DNA of 32,353 nt from Candidatus Aenigmatarchaeota archaeon (GCA_039000985.1 JAWBMD010000009.1:1-32353), one strand, 5' to 3'; positions 1-9,407 are shown, counted from the first letter of the stretch. Notes: a model not told the origin generated them from the sequence alone. Made by a program: numbers and translations.

Positions 1-23
1 ATAATTTACAAAAAATCAAGAAA

Positions 24-518
24 ATGAGGAAAATTTTTTTAGTTATAGTTGCTTTATTGATTTTTCTTTTTTCAATTTTTTATAAACCAATTTATTTTGA
101 TTTAGTTGAAAAATACAAATTTGAGAAATTTGAAAATGTTTTGTTTAAATATGAAATACATAGATATCCTGCAATAATTCAAATAATAAAAGAGAATAAA
201 ACAATTGGAATTTCAACAGATGTAGATATTTTGAATTTTGGAAAAATTTCTAAAATAGAAGGAATTGAAAGAATTAGAAAGTTCATAAATTTCACTTCTA
301 ACGATTATTCAAAAGTAAGCATAGAATTTCATGGAAACATTTCAAAATATTTGAAAGCTAGTGAAAATAATTTTTATTTAAAACCATTTCAAAACATTAC
401 AATTGAAATAATTTTTGATATGAAAAATGTTAAGGATTTTGGAGTTTATAGTGGAGAAGTTAGAATTTTTGTTATAAAGCCAAAAATAAAATGGTTAGCA
501 GAAAAGGAATTTTATTAA
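24..518 (+). CDS. Hypothetical protein with N-terminal membrane anchor and probable Ig-like beta-sandwich domain
   Basis: MRK followed by a hydrophobic stretch; alternating beta-strand pattern (IGISTDVDILNFGKI...SENNFYLKP...GVYSGEVRIFV). Confidence 0.7.
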   Translation: MRKIFLVIVALLIFLFSIFYKPIYFDLVEKYKFEKFENVLFKYEIHRYPAIIQIIKENKTIGISTDVDILNFGKISKIEGIERIRKFINFTSNDYSKVSIEFHGNISKYLKASENNFYLKPFQNITIEIIFDMKNVKDFGVYSGEVRIFVIKPKIKWLAEKEFY

Positions 519-1198
519 TATTTTTGTTTTTTTCTATTGCTTTTTCTATTCAAATAAAAGTTGAGGTTAGTGAAGTTTTTGATTTTAAAAAAGAAATTTT
601 AAATTATTCTTTAAACAAGAATTTGCTTTCAATAAGCACTTTTATTAACAATATCGGAAGCATTGGTTTTCTTTCTTCTTTAAAGCTTGAGATAAATAAT
701 AAAACTGTTTGGAGTGAAGAAAAAGGATTACATCCAGGAAAAACAGAAAACTTTAATATTTTTTATTTTTTAACAGAGCCTGGATTTTATTTTGGAGAAG
801 TTAAATTGCAAGCTGGAAATGAAATTTTTGATTTAGAAAATTTTTCTTTTGAATTTAATGAAAGTGAGAGCAAGACTGAAAATATATTTTTTGTTAAAAG
901 CATTAGAGTTAAGGATGATTATTTGGAAGTAAAGTTAAAAGCTAATGAAAGTGTAAAAGCAGTTGTTAGCATAGAGGGTTATCCCGTAACATGGAAGTTT
1001 GAGCAAAAAATAATTGATTTGAAGAAAAATGAATGGAAGCGTGTAAAAATAAAATACAATGGCTTATATACAAAAATGAATTTAACTTTAAAAGTTTTTG
1101 ATTTAGATGCAAAATATTTTTTTAGCAAGCAATTTAGTTTTGAAAAGGAAAGCTTTTTCAAGAGAATTATATTAGATTTTCTTAGCTATTTTATATGA
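491..1198 (+). CDS. Hypothetical secreted/surface protein, probably two beta-sandwich domains
   Basis: Signal-peptide-like N-terminus, beta-rich body, amphipathic C-terminus (SFFKRIILDFLSYFI); overlaps the upstream ORF. Confidence 0.65.
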   Translation: MVSRKGILLIFLFFSIAFSIQIKVEVSEVFDFKKEILNYSLNKNLLSISTFINNIGSIGFLSSLKLEINNKTVWSEEKGLHPGKTENFNIFYFLTEPGFYFGEVKLQAGNEIFDLENFSFEFNESESKTENIFFVKSIRVKDDYLEVKLKANESVKAVVSIEGYPVTWKFEQKIIDLKKNEWKRVKIKYNGLYTKMNLTLKVFDLDAKYFFSKQFSFEKESFFKRIILDFLSYFI

Positions 1199-1729
1199 GA
1201 TTAAAGCTAAGATTACAATAATAAAAATTTTAAATAAATTGCTCAAATCAATTTTTTGAATTTCTTTTTTGTATCCTTCTTCACTTTTTTCAAATTTTGT
1301 TATGTTTACTTTTCCAATTAATTCATAAACAAATTCTGCTTTTTGCATAACTTTTATTGTTTCATTTGTTCCATTTTTATATGCTAAAGCCTCTATTATA
1401 GCTTTTCCGTTTTCAGCATTATCAAAAGGTAAAAATATTAATTCAATTGAGATTGCTTTAAATTGTTTTTTATTTATTACAATTAATTCAAAATTTTTTT
1501 CAACATCTTTTTTCAATTCTATTGAGTTTTTTGATAAAAGTATTTGCCAATTTTTTGGTATTGATTTTATCGAAAGCTCCAAAGTTATATCTTCATTTCC
1601 GTTATTCCAAAAAAGAATTTTTGATATTTTATAACCATTTATTACTTTATCAATTTGAAGAGAACCAAATCCTATTTGTGAAAAAGAATATTGTAAAAGA
1701 GCTAACAAAATAATAAATATCTTTAACAT
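1172..1729 (-). CDS. Hypothetical surface protein with signal peptide and C-terminal TM anchor
   Basis: N-terminal hydrophobic signal; FWNNGNEDITLELS beta pattern; C-terminal IFIIVILALISY followed by KIAKK. Confidence 0.7.
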   Translation of the reverse strand: MLKIFIILLALLQYSFSQIGFGSLQIDKVINGYKISKILFWNNGNEDITLELSIKSIPKNWQILLSKNSIELKKDVEKNFELIVINKKQFKAISIELIFLPFDNAENGKAIIEALAYKNGTNETIKVMQKAEFVYELIGKVNITKFEKSEEGYKKEIQKIDLSNLFKIFIIVILALISYKIAKKI

Positions 1730-1739
1730 AATTATAAAT

Positions 1740-2057
1740 ATGGTTGAAGAAATAAGTGGGGAGGAATTGTTAGATTTAGTTAAAAAAAATAAGATGGTAG
1801 TTGTGGATATTTATGCTGATTGGTGCTATCCATGCAAAATCCTATCTCCAATAATAGAAGAAGTTTCAAAGGAATACAAGAATATTAAATTTGTAAAAAT
1901 GAATGTTGATGAAAACACAGAAATAGCTCAGCTATATGATGTTAAATCAATACCAACATTACTATATTTTCAAAATGGTAATTTGGTAAATAGAACAGTA
2001 GGTGCTTTACCAAAAACAAAAATTAAAGAAATAATAGAAAAGACTTTTAGCCTTTAA
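1740..2057 (+). CDS. trxA: Thioredoxin
   Basis: VVDIYADWCYPCK (CxxC), KMNVDEN, SIPTL cis-Pro motif, 105 aa. Confidence 0.95.
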   Translation: MVEEISGEELLDLVKKNKMVVVDIYADWCYPCKILSPIIEEVSKEYKNIKFVKMNVDENTEIAQLYDVKSIPTLLYFQNGNLVNRTVGALPKTKIKEIIEKTFSL

Positions 2058-2364
2058 GTTTTTCTTGTATTTCTTTTAATCTTTCTTTAATTCTATTTTC
2101 CGTTGTTTCCAAGCTTTTTATTTTTATTTGACTTAACTCTAGCTCTTCTTCCAATTCTTTAATTACACTTTCCTTATTTTTTTTCAATAGAATATTTCCA
2201 TAAGAAGCATAGCAATAATTTTCACTATAATTTTTTAGTTCATTTAAAGCTTTTTCTATTTCAATTATTTGGTTTTTTAGTGCTTCTTTTTGTATTATTA
2301 TTGATTGTAATTGCTGCTGATTCCTTTCAATTTCAAGCATAGTTTTTTCATCTATTTCTGCCAT
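2047..2364 (-). CDS. pfdB: Prefoldin beta subunit
   Basis: Coiled coil, beta hairpin (CYASYGNILL), coiled coil; QQQLQSIIIQKE and EIEKALNEL motifs. Confidence 0.9.
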   Translation of the reverse strand: MAEIDEKTMLEIERNQQQLQSIIIQKEALKNQIIEIEKALNELKNYSENYCYASYGNILLKKNKESVIKELEEELELSQIKIKSLETTENRIKERLKEIQEKLKG

Positions 2365-2392
2365 TAATTTTATTTGTATTTTTCATTAATTT

Positions 2393-5053
2393 ATGATAGA
2401 TTTTCGCAAAATAGAAAAAAAATGGCAAAAAAGATGGGAAAAAGATAAAATATTTGAGGCAAATCCAAATGAAGAAAAGAAAAAGTTTTTCTTAACAGTT
2501 CCTTATCCTTATTGCTCTGGTAGTTTACATATTGGGCATGGAAGAACTTATACAATTGGGGATATAATAGCTAGGTTTATGAGAATGAGAGGTTTTAATG
2601 TTTTATGGCCAATGGCCTTTCACATAACAGGAACTCCAATTTTTGGTATTTCTAAAAAAATAGAGATTGGTGATAAGGAAGCAATTTCTCTTTATCGCGA
2701 ATACATAAGCATTTATGAAAAAAATCCAGAAAAAATAGAAAAAATTTTAGAAAGTTTTAAAAATCCAAAAAAAGTTGCAAATTATTTTGCAAAAGTAATA
2801 ATTAAAGATTTTAAAGCACTTGGTTTTTCAATAGATTGGAGAAGAAAGTTTACAACTGGTGACGCTGAATATAAAAAATTTATAACATGGCAATTCAACA
2901 AATTAAAAGAATTTGGTTATATAGTTAAAAAAAGTTATCCAATTCTTTTTTGCTTAAGATGCAATAATGCTGTTGGTGAAGATGATATAGCTGGTGGAGA
3001 TACAATAAAGCCAGAAGTTGGTGAATATAAACTTGTTAAGTTCGATTTTGAGGATTCATATATAGTAGCTGCTACAATGAGACCAGAAACTATTTTTGGA
3101 GTTACAAATATATGGATAAATAAAGATGGAGATTATGTAAAGGCAGAAATAGATAATGAAGTTTGGATAATTTCTAAAGCTGCTGCTGAAAAATTAGAAA
3201 AGCAAAATAGAAAAGTGAAAATTTTAGAAGAATTTAAAGGAGAGAAACTTATTGGGAAATATGTTAAAGCTCCAATTTTGAATAAGGAAGTTATTATTTT
3301 GCCAGCTAGTTTTGTAGATGTTAATGAAGCTACTGGTATTGTTTATTCTGTTCCTGCTCATGCTCCATGGGATTGGGTTGGATTAAAAGATATAAAAGAA
3401 ATAAAACCAATTTCAATAATAAAATTAAAAGGATTTGGAGAATATCCAGCTATAGAGTTGTGTGAAAGGTTTGCTATAAAAAGTTTAGATGATAAAGAAA
3501 AAATAGAAAAAGCAACAGAAATTTTGTATAAAGAAGAGTTCTATAATGGCATTCTTAAAGATGTTTGTGGTGAATTTGCTGGATTATCTGTTAGAGAAGC
3601 TAAGGAAAAAGTTTTTAATAAATTAATGGGATTAAAAAAAGCTGATAAAATGTATGAAGTTATTGCATTAGAAAAACCTGTTTTTTGTAGATGTGGAGGA
3701 AAAGTTATAGTAGCTATTTTACCAGATCAGTGGTTTATAGATTATGGTAATGAAGAATGGAAAAAATTGGCAAGAAAATGCTTATCTTTAATGAAAATAA
3801 TTCCAGAAACATATAGAAAACTTTTTGAAGATACAATAGAATGGTTACATGAAAGACCATGTGCAAGAAAGCGTGGAATAGGAACACCTTTACCTTGGGA
3901 TAAAAAATATATAATAGAAAGCTTATCTGATAGCACTATTTATATGTGCATTTATACAGTTATTCATAAAATTAGAGAAAATAAAATAAAGGCAAGCCAG
4001 CTTACTAACGAATTTTGGGATTTTGTTTTGCTTGGTAAAGATGATTTGGTAAAATTACCAATTGAAAAAAATTTGCTTGAAGAAATTAGAAAAGAATTTT
4101 TATATTGGTATCCAAACGATCTTAGACATACAGCTATTGGTCATATAACAAATCATTTAACTTTTTTCATATTTCATCATGCTGCTATTTTTCCAAAGGA
4201 ACATTGGCCATTAGGAATTAGTTTGAATGAATATGTTATAAGAGAAGGAGCAAAAATGTCAAAATCAAAAGGTAATGTTATTCCTCTAGTGGATATTCCT
4301 AAAAAATATTCTGCTGACCTTTATAGATTGTATATTTCTAGCACAGCTGATTTAAATACTGTTGTTAATTGGAAAGAAGATGAAGTAATAACAGTTAAAG
4401 GAAAGCTTGAAAGATTTTTTGAATTAATGAAAAATGCTAAAAAAACAGAAAGGGAAATAGATTTTGATAAGTTGGATAATTGCAGCAAATGGTTTGTTTC
4501 AGAAATTAATAAAAAAATTAAAGAAGCTACGGAACTTTTAACAAATTTTGAAATAAAAAAATATATTCAAAAAGCTTTTTTTGAACTATTAAATGAAACT
4601 AATTATTATATTAGAAGAATGGATAATGTTAATGAAGATGTTATTAGCTATTTGGCAGATAAATGGATTAGGTTAATTGCTCCTGTCATTCCGCATATAT
4701 GCGAAGAGCTTTGGGAAAGATTGGGGAATAAAAATTTTGTATCATTAGAAAAATGGCCAGAATATGATGAGAAAAAAATGGATGAAAAAATTATGAAAAT
4801 GGAGGAAATATTTAGAAAAACTTTAGATGATATAAGGCATGTTTTAAAAATAACTGGAAAGAAAAATTTTGCATATTTATATGTTGTTAGCGAAGATGAA
4901 CTTAACTATTTTTCTGAATCAAAAAGATTTTTAGAAAGGGAATTTGGTTTTGAAAAAGTAAGCATTTTTATTGCTAGTGATGAAAATAAATATGACCCAC
5001 AAAATAAAGCTATAAAGGCTAAAGAGGGAAGGCCAGCTATTTATTTGGAGTAA
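2393..5053 (+). CDS. leuS: Leucine--tRNA ligase, archaeal type
   Basis: PYPYCSGSLHIGH, CP1 editing motifs ATMRPET and TGIVYSVPAHAP, KMSKS, C-terminal KAKEGRPAIYLE. Confidence 0.97.
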   Translation: MIDFRKIEKKWQKRWEKDKIFEANPNEEKKKFFLTVPYPYCSGSLHIGHGRTYTIGDIIARFMRMRGFNVLWPMAFHITGTPIFGISKKIEIGDKEAISLYREYISIYEKNPEKIEKILESFKNPKKVANYFAKVIIKDFKALGFSIDWRRKFTTGDAEYKKFITWQFNKLKEFGYIVKKSYPILFCLRCNNAVGEDDIAGGDTIKPEVGEYKLVKFDFEDSYIVAATMRPETIFGVTNIWINKDGDYVKAEIDNEVWIISKAAAEKLEKQNRKVKILEEFKGEKLIGKYVKAPILNKEVIILPASFVDVNEATGIVYSVPAHAPWDWVGLKDIKEIKPISIIKLKGFGEYPAIELCERFAIKSLDDKEKIEKATEILYKEEFYNGILKDVCGEFAGLSVREAKEKVFNKLMGLKKADKMYEVIALEKPVFCRCGGKVIVAILPDQWFIDYGNEEWKKLARKCLSLMKIIPETYRKLFEDTIEWLHERPCARKRGIGTPLPWDKKYIIESLSDSTIYMCIYTVIHKIRENKIKASQLTNEFWDFVLLGKDDLVKLPIEKNLLEEIRKEFLYWYPNDLRHTAIGHITNHLTFFIFHHAAIFPKEHWPLGISLNEYVIREGAKMSKSKGNVIPLVDIPKKYSADLYRLYISSTADLNTVVNWKEDEVITVKGKLERFFELMKNAKKTEREIDFDKLDNCSKWFVSEINKKIKEATELLTNFEIKKYIQKAFFELLNETNYYIRRMDNVNEDVISYLADKWIRLIAPVIPHICEELWERLGNKNFVSLEKWPEYDEKKMDEKIMKMEEIFRKTLDDIRHVLKITGKKNFAYLYVVSEDELNYFSESKRFLEREFGFEKVSIFIASDENKYDPQNKAIKAKEGRPAIYLE

Positions 5054-5611
5054 ATGATTGTTGTCGGTATTGATTTAGCTGCTAGTGAAAAAAGACCAAC
5101 AGGCTTTTGTATTTTAAAGAACAATAAAGCAAAAACTTTTTTGCTTTTTTTAGATAATGAAATAGTTTCTCAAACAATTAAAGTAAAGCCAGATATAATT
5201 GCTATTGATGCTCCTTTAGCACTACCAAAAAAAGGAAAAAGTTTAAGGGAATGTGATAAAGAGCTTTTAAAACTAGGTATAAAATTTTTTCCAATTAATT
5301 TAAAATCTATGAAAGAACTAACTAAAAGGGGAATTAGATTAAGAAAAATTTTTGAAAGAAATGGGTTAAAAGTTATAGAAACTTATCCAGGAGCAGCTCA
5401 AGATATTCTTAAAATACCAAGAAAGAAGAAAGGAATAGAAAAACTTAGAAAAGCTTTGATTAAAATTGGGATAAAAGGAATAAAAAATAAAATTAGTGAG
5501 CATGAATTAGATGCAATAACATCAGCATATGTTGGAAAACTTTATTTAGAGAATAGACATACTGCTCTTGGCGATCCAAAAGAAATTTTAATGATTTTAC
5601 CAAAAGTATGA
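5054..5611 (+). CDS. DUF429-family RNase H-fold putative nuclease
   Basis: VGIDLA, IAIDAPL, RECDKEL, IETYP and HELDAITSA motifs. Confidence 0.85.
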   Translation: MIVVGIDLAASEKRPTGFCILKNNKAKTFLLFLDNEIVSQTIKVKPDIIAIDAPLALPKKGKSLRECDKELLKLGIKFFPINLKSMKELTKRGIRLRKIFERNGLKVIETYPGAAQDILKIPRKKKGIEKLRKALIKIGIKGIKNKISEHELDAITSAYVGKLYLENRHTALGDPKEILMILPKV

Positions 5612-5775
5612 GAATAAGAGGGATAATAAGGGATATTCTTAGCATATATATTGGATTTAGAATAATAGAAGCGTATATTTTTGGGAATTTTGAATTAGAT
5701 ATTTATGTTTTTATAGCTGCAGTTATTTTGCTTATTTTTGGTGTTTGGTTTATTATTGAGAGATTTATAAGTTAG
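5608..5775 (+). CDS. 55-aa membrane microprotein (not in the ORF track)
   Basis: ATGA overlap with the DUF429 stop; MRIRGIIRDILSIYIGFRIIEAYIFGNFELDIYVFIAAVILLIFGVWFIIERFIS; fills the gap before the FDH gene. Confidence 0.7.
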   Translation: MRIRGIIRDILSIYIGFRIIEAYIFGNFELDIYVFIAAVILLIFGVWFIIERFIS

Positions 5776-5793
5776 TTACATAATATAATTAGA

Positions 5794-7821
5794 GTGGAAG
5801 TTAAAAGTGTTTGTCCTTATTGTGGTGTTGGTTGTGGTATAAAACTTATAGTGGAAAACAACAAGGTTGTAAAAGTTTTAGGAAGGGAGGACCATCCAGT
5901 AAGTAAGGGAAAGCTTTGCATAAAGGGATTAACTTTAGATAAAGTAATTCATCATCCAGAAAGATTAAAGTATCCTCTTATTAAAAAAGGCGATGAACTG
6001 GTAAAAGCTAGCTGGAGTGAAGCCATTTCTTTAATATCCGAAAAGTTTAAAGAAATAAAAGAAACTTATGGAAGTGATGCTATAGGTATTTTTGCTTCGA
6101 AAAGATGTACAAATGAAGATAATTATTTAATACAAAAATTTGCTAGAGTTGTTATTGGGACTAATAATGTAGATAATGCAGCTCGTTTGTGCCATATACC
6201 AACTGTACGTGGTTTATATCAAGTGCTTGGAAGATCTGCAATGACAAATAGCTATGAAGACTTTAGTGAAAGTAAGTGTATTTTAATTTTTGGTGATAAT
6301 GTAGCAAATACCCAACCAATTGCATTTCCTTGGATCTTAAAAGCTAAAGAAAGGGGAGGTAAATTAATAGTTGTTGATGTGAGAGAAACAGAGACAGCAA
6401 AAAGAGCCGATATTTTTGTTCAAATAAATCCAAATACAGATATTTTGTTTATTATTGGAATTTGTAAGGTAATTTTAAGAGAAGGTTTAGAGAATAAAGA
6501 ATTTATTAAAAATAGAACATTGGGTTTCAAAGAATTTAAAGAGAGTTTAGAAAAATTTAAAATGGATTATATTGAAAAAATTACAGGTATAAATGAAAAG
6601 CTTATTGAAAAAGTTGCCATGGAATATGCAAAGGCAGAAAGTGCTTCTATAATATATGGAATGGGAATAACTCAGCAAAGTAATAGTTTGGAATCTGTTT
6701 TAGCTATAGCCGATTTAGCATTGCTTACTGGAAATTTTGGAAGACCTGGCACAGGGGTTAATCCTCTCCGTGGTTGTAACAATGTTCAAGGTTGTTGTGA
6801 TATGGGATGTTTACCAGAGTTCTATCCAGGTTATCACCCACTTACTGAGGAAACAATACATAAGTTTAAAAATATTTGGAATGTAGACAATCTGCCAATA
6901 ACACTAGGTTTAACACAAGTTGAAATGGTGGAATCTATACCAGAAAAAATTCTTGGAATGTATATAATAGGAGAAGATCCTTTGGTATCTTTTCCTGATG
7001 TGAATAGAATTGAAAGGGATTTAAAAAATTTAGAATTTTTAGTAGTTCAAGATATTTTTCTTACAGAAACAGCTAAAATTGCTCATGTTGTTTTGCCAGC
7101 TGCTTGTTTTGCTGAAAAAACAGGAACTTTTACTAATTCTGAAAGAAGAGTTCAATTAATAAAAAAAGCTGTAGAAGCGCCTGGCAAAGCAATGGAGGAT
7201 TGGAAAATAATAAAAGCAATAGCTGAAAAAATGGGTTATGGAAAATACTTTAATTATAACTCTTCTGAAGAAATTTTTGAAGAAATTAGAAAAGCTGTAC
7301 CAACTTATTCAGGAATTACATATGAGAAGCTTGAGCGATTAAATGGTATTCAATGGCCTTGTGATGATAAGCATGTAGAAGGTAAAAAAATACTTTATGA
7401 TAAAGATTTTGGACCAGCTAGAAATAGAGCAGTTTTTTATCCATTAACTTTTACTCCAAAAGAAATAAATCCAAGCTATCCATTTATATTAACAACTTTT
7501 AGGTTATTAGAGCATTATGATGTGGGTAGCATGACAAGAAAAATAGATATTTTAAATAAAATTCAACCGGAATCTTTTGTTTTGGTTACTAATGAAGATG
7601 CAGATGAACTAAAAATAAAAGAAGGAGATTATGTTAAAGTATCTTCTCCATTAGGGGAAATTATTGTAAAAGCAAGAATTGGTAATTTAAAAAAAGGAGT
7701 AATTGCAGTACCAAATCATTTCGCTGAAGCAAGGGTAAATAAATTAATTTGGAGAAGGTTAGATCCTGTTTCAAAAATCCCATCTTTTAAATATTGCTAT
7801 GCTAGAATCGAAAAGGTATAA
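5794..7821 (+). CDS. fdhF: Formate dehydrogenase catalytic (alpha) subunit, Mo/W-bisPGD, Cys-ligated
   Basis: GTG start; CPYCGVGC...LCIKG [4Fe-4S] motif; QKFARVVIGTNNVDNAARLCH (Cys-His at the Sec140/His141 position of E. coli FdhF); PLRGCNNVQG; VVQDIFLTETA; C-terminal molybdopterin-binding domain. Confidence 0.9.
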   Translation: MEVKSVCPYCGVGCGIKLIVENNKVVKVLGREDHPVSKGKLCIKGLTLDKVIHHPERLKYPLIKKGDELVKASWSEAISLISEKFKEIKETYGSDAIGIFASKRCTNEDNYLIQKFARVVIGTNNVDNAARLCHIPTVRGLYQVLGRSAMTNSYEDFSESKCILIFGDNVANTQPIAFPWILKAKERGGKLIVVDVRETETAKRADIFVQINPNTDILFIIGICKVILREGLENKEFIKNRTLGFKEFKESLEKFKMDYIEKITGINEKLIEKVAMEYAKAESASIIYGMGITQQSNSLESVLAIADLALLTGNFGRPGTGVNPLRGCNNVQGCCDMGCLPEFYPGYHPLTEETIHKFKNIWNVDNLPITLGLTQVEMVESIPEKILGMYIIGEDPLVSFPDVNRIERDLKNLEFLVVQDIFLTETAKIAHVVLPAACFAEKTGTFTNSERRVQLIKKAVEAPGKAMEDWKIIKAIAEKMGYGKYFNYNSSEEIFEEIRKAVPTYSGITYEKLERLNGIQWPCDDKHVEGKKILYDKDFGPARNRAVFYPLTFTPKEINPSYPFILTTFRLLEHYDVGSMTRKIDILNKIQPESFVLVTNEDADELKIKEGDYVKVSSPLGEIIVKARIGNLKKGVIAVPNHFAEARVNKLIWRRLDPVSKIPSFKYCYARIEKV

Positions 7822-7850
7822 ATAAACCAAAATTATACATATATATAATT

Positions 7851-8501
7851 ATGGTTATTCTTCCCACAAGTAAGCAATTGAAAAAAGCTATTCATAAAAA
7901 GATTGCTTTAGCTCAAGATATTCTTGTTATTGAGGTTTATAATCATTTTCCAAAAGCGGTTATTCATGGTGGAACAGCAATATGGCGATGTTATGGTAGT
8001 AATAGATTTTCTGAAGATATAGATTTTTATTTACCAAAAATAGCAAGGCAAGATTTAGAAAAGTTTTTAAATGATTTAAAAAATAAAGGATTTCAAGTTA
8101 AAAAGTTTAAAGTGACAGAAAGAGCAATTTTTTCAAAATTTTTGTATATAGATGTAGGTGTACAGCTTGAAGCAGTGTTTAAAACTATTAAGAATTTCAT
8201 AACTAAAGCTTTTGAGCTAAGCGATGGCACTTCAATTATTGTTAATACTTTGCGGGCAGAAAATCTTATAGAAGAAAAGGTAATATCTTATTTGCAAAGG
8301 AGAAAAATTAGGGATTTATATGATATCTACTTTCTTTTAAGGTTTATAGAGGAGAGGAATGTTGTAGATAATTTATTAAAAAAATTAATGGAGAAATTCA
8401 AATTACCAATTGATGAAAATGAGTTAAAAGCTCTTATAATTTCAGGGGCTGTTCCATCTTTTGAAAATATTGTCGAGGAAATTAAAAAATGGGTAAAATA
8501 A
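7851..8501 (+). CDS. abiEii: AbiEii/AbiGii-family nucleotidyltransferase toxin (type IV TA)
   Basis: HGGTAI, RFSEDIDF and EK...RDLYD motifs. Confidence 0.88.
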   Translation: MVILPTSKQLKKAIHKKIALAQDILVIEVYNHFPKAVIHGGTAIWRCYGSNRFSEDIDFYLPKIARQDLEKFLNDLKNKGFQVKKFKVTERAIFSKFLYIDVGVQLEAVFKTIKNFITKAFELSDGTSIIVNTLRAENLIEEKVISYLQRRKIRDLYDIYFLLRFIEERNVVDNLLKKLMEKFKLPIDENELKALIISGAVPSFENIVEEIKKWVK

Positions 8502-9061
8502 TACATCTAGATAAAATTAGAGAATTTATAGAAAAAACACCAGTTTTTAGAGCGGTAGACATTGAGCTATTAAGTGGAAATAAAGAATATGCACATTTAA
8601 TTCTTCATAAGCTCGAGAAAAGAGGTGAAATAAAAAGAATATTGAAGGGTTGGTATAGCACTTTTTCTGATCCAACTATTTCTGTATTTTGTTTTAAGCC
8701 AGCATATATAGGACTTCAAGAAGCTTTAAGCTTGCATGCATTATGGGAGCAGGAGACATCTACAGTTATCGTTACAATAAGAAAAGTAAGAATTGGTATA
8801 AGAAATATTTTTGGTACAAATGTTGTTTTACATAGAATAAATAAGAAATATTTTTTCGGTTTTGATTTTATGAAGTATGAAAATTTTTTTATTCCCGTAT
8901 CGGATGTTGAAAAAACATTAATAGATTTGGTTTATTTTAAGGAATTGCCTCCAAAGTATGTTTTAACTAAGATGAGGAAAGGGTTAAATAAAAGAAAATT
9001 AAAAGAGTATTTGAAACGCTATCCATATTGGGTTAAGAAAAAGCTTGAGAAAATTGTTTGA
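8489..9061 (+). CDS. abiEi: AbiEi-family antitoxin / wHTH transcriptional regulator
   Basis: N-terminal wHTH (LHKLEKRGEIKRILKGWY), PAYIGLQEALSLH, VSDVEKTLIDL; overlaps the toxin gene. Confidence 0.85.
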   Translation: MGKIIHLDKIREFIEKTPVFRAVDIELLSGNKEYAHLILHKLEKRGEIKRILKGWYSTFSDPTISVFCFKPAYIGLQEALSLHALWEQETSTVIVTIRKVRIGIRNIFGTNVVLHRINKKYFFGFDFMKYENFFIPVSDVEKTLIDLVYFKELPPKYVLTKMRKGLNKRKLKEYLKRYPYWVKKKLEKIV

Positions 9062-9062
9062 T

Positions 9063-9407
9063 TTAAAAAGCTTCTAATTTTTTTATAAATGCTTTATACC
9101 ACTCAAACTCTTTTGGTGTAACTAAGTGCAACTCAAATGGCGAAAAAATTCCAATTTTTTTCCAAATTTTTACCTTTATTTTACTTCTATCACTAATTTT
9201 CTTTGGCATGTTTTTAGAAACTATTAAAACATCAATATCGCTACTTGGTAAATTCATTTTCTCAACAACAGAACCAAAACAAAAAACTTTAACATCTTTC
9301 AGTTCTTTTTTAGCAATCTTTTTTATTTCTTTTATATATTTGCGATAATTTTTAAAATATTTTTCACTCTCTTTTGAAAATTTAATCATTAAATCAAAGT
9401 GCTTCAT
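9063..9407 (-). CDS. Minimal nucleotidyltransferase (MNT), partner of HEPN
   Basis: VFCFGSV...SDIDVLIV motif, 114 aa, FELHLV. Confidence 0.9.
   Translation of the reverse strand: MKHFDLMIKFSKESEKYFKNYRKYIKEIKKIAKKELKDVKVFCFGSVVEKMNLPSSDIDVLIVSKNMPKKISDRSKIKVKIWKKIGIFSPFELHLVTPKEFEWYKAFIKKLEAF

Noticed and set aside
6190..6192. Possible selenocysteine in the FDH subunit
   Set aside because: The codon is TGC (Cys) and the ORF has no in-frame TGA
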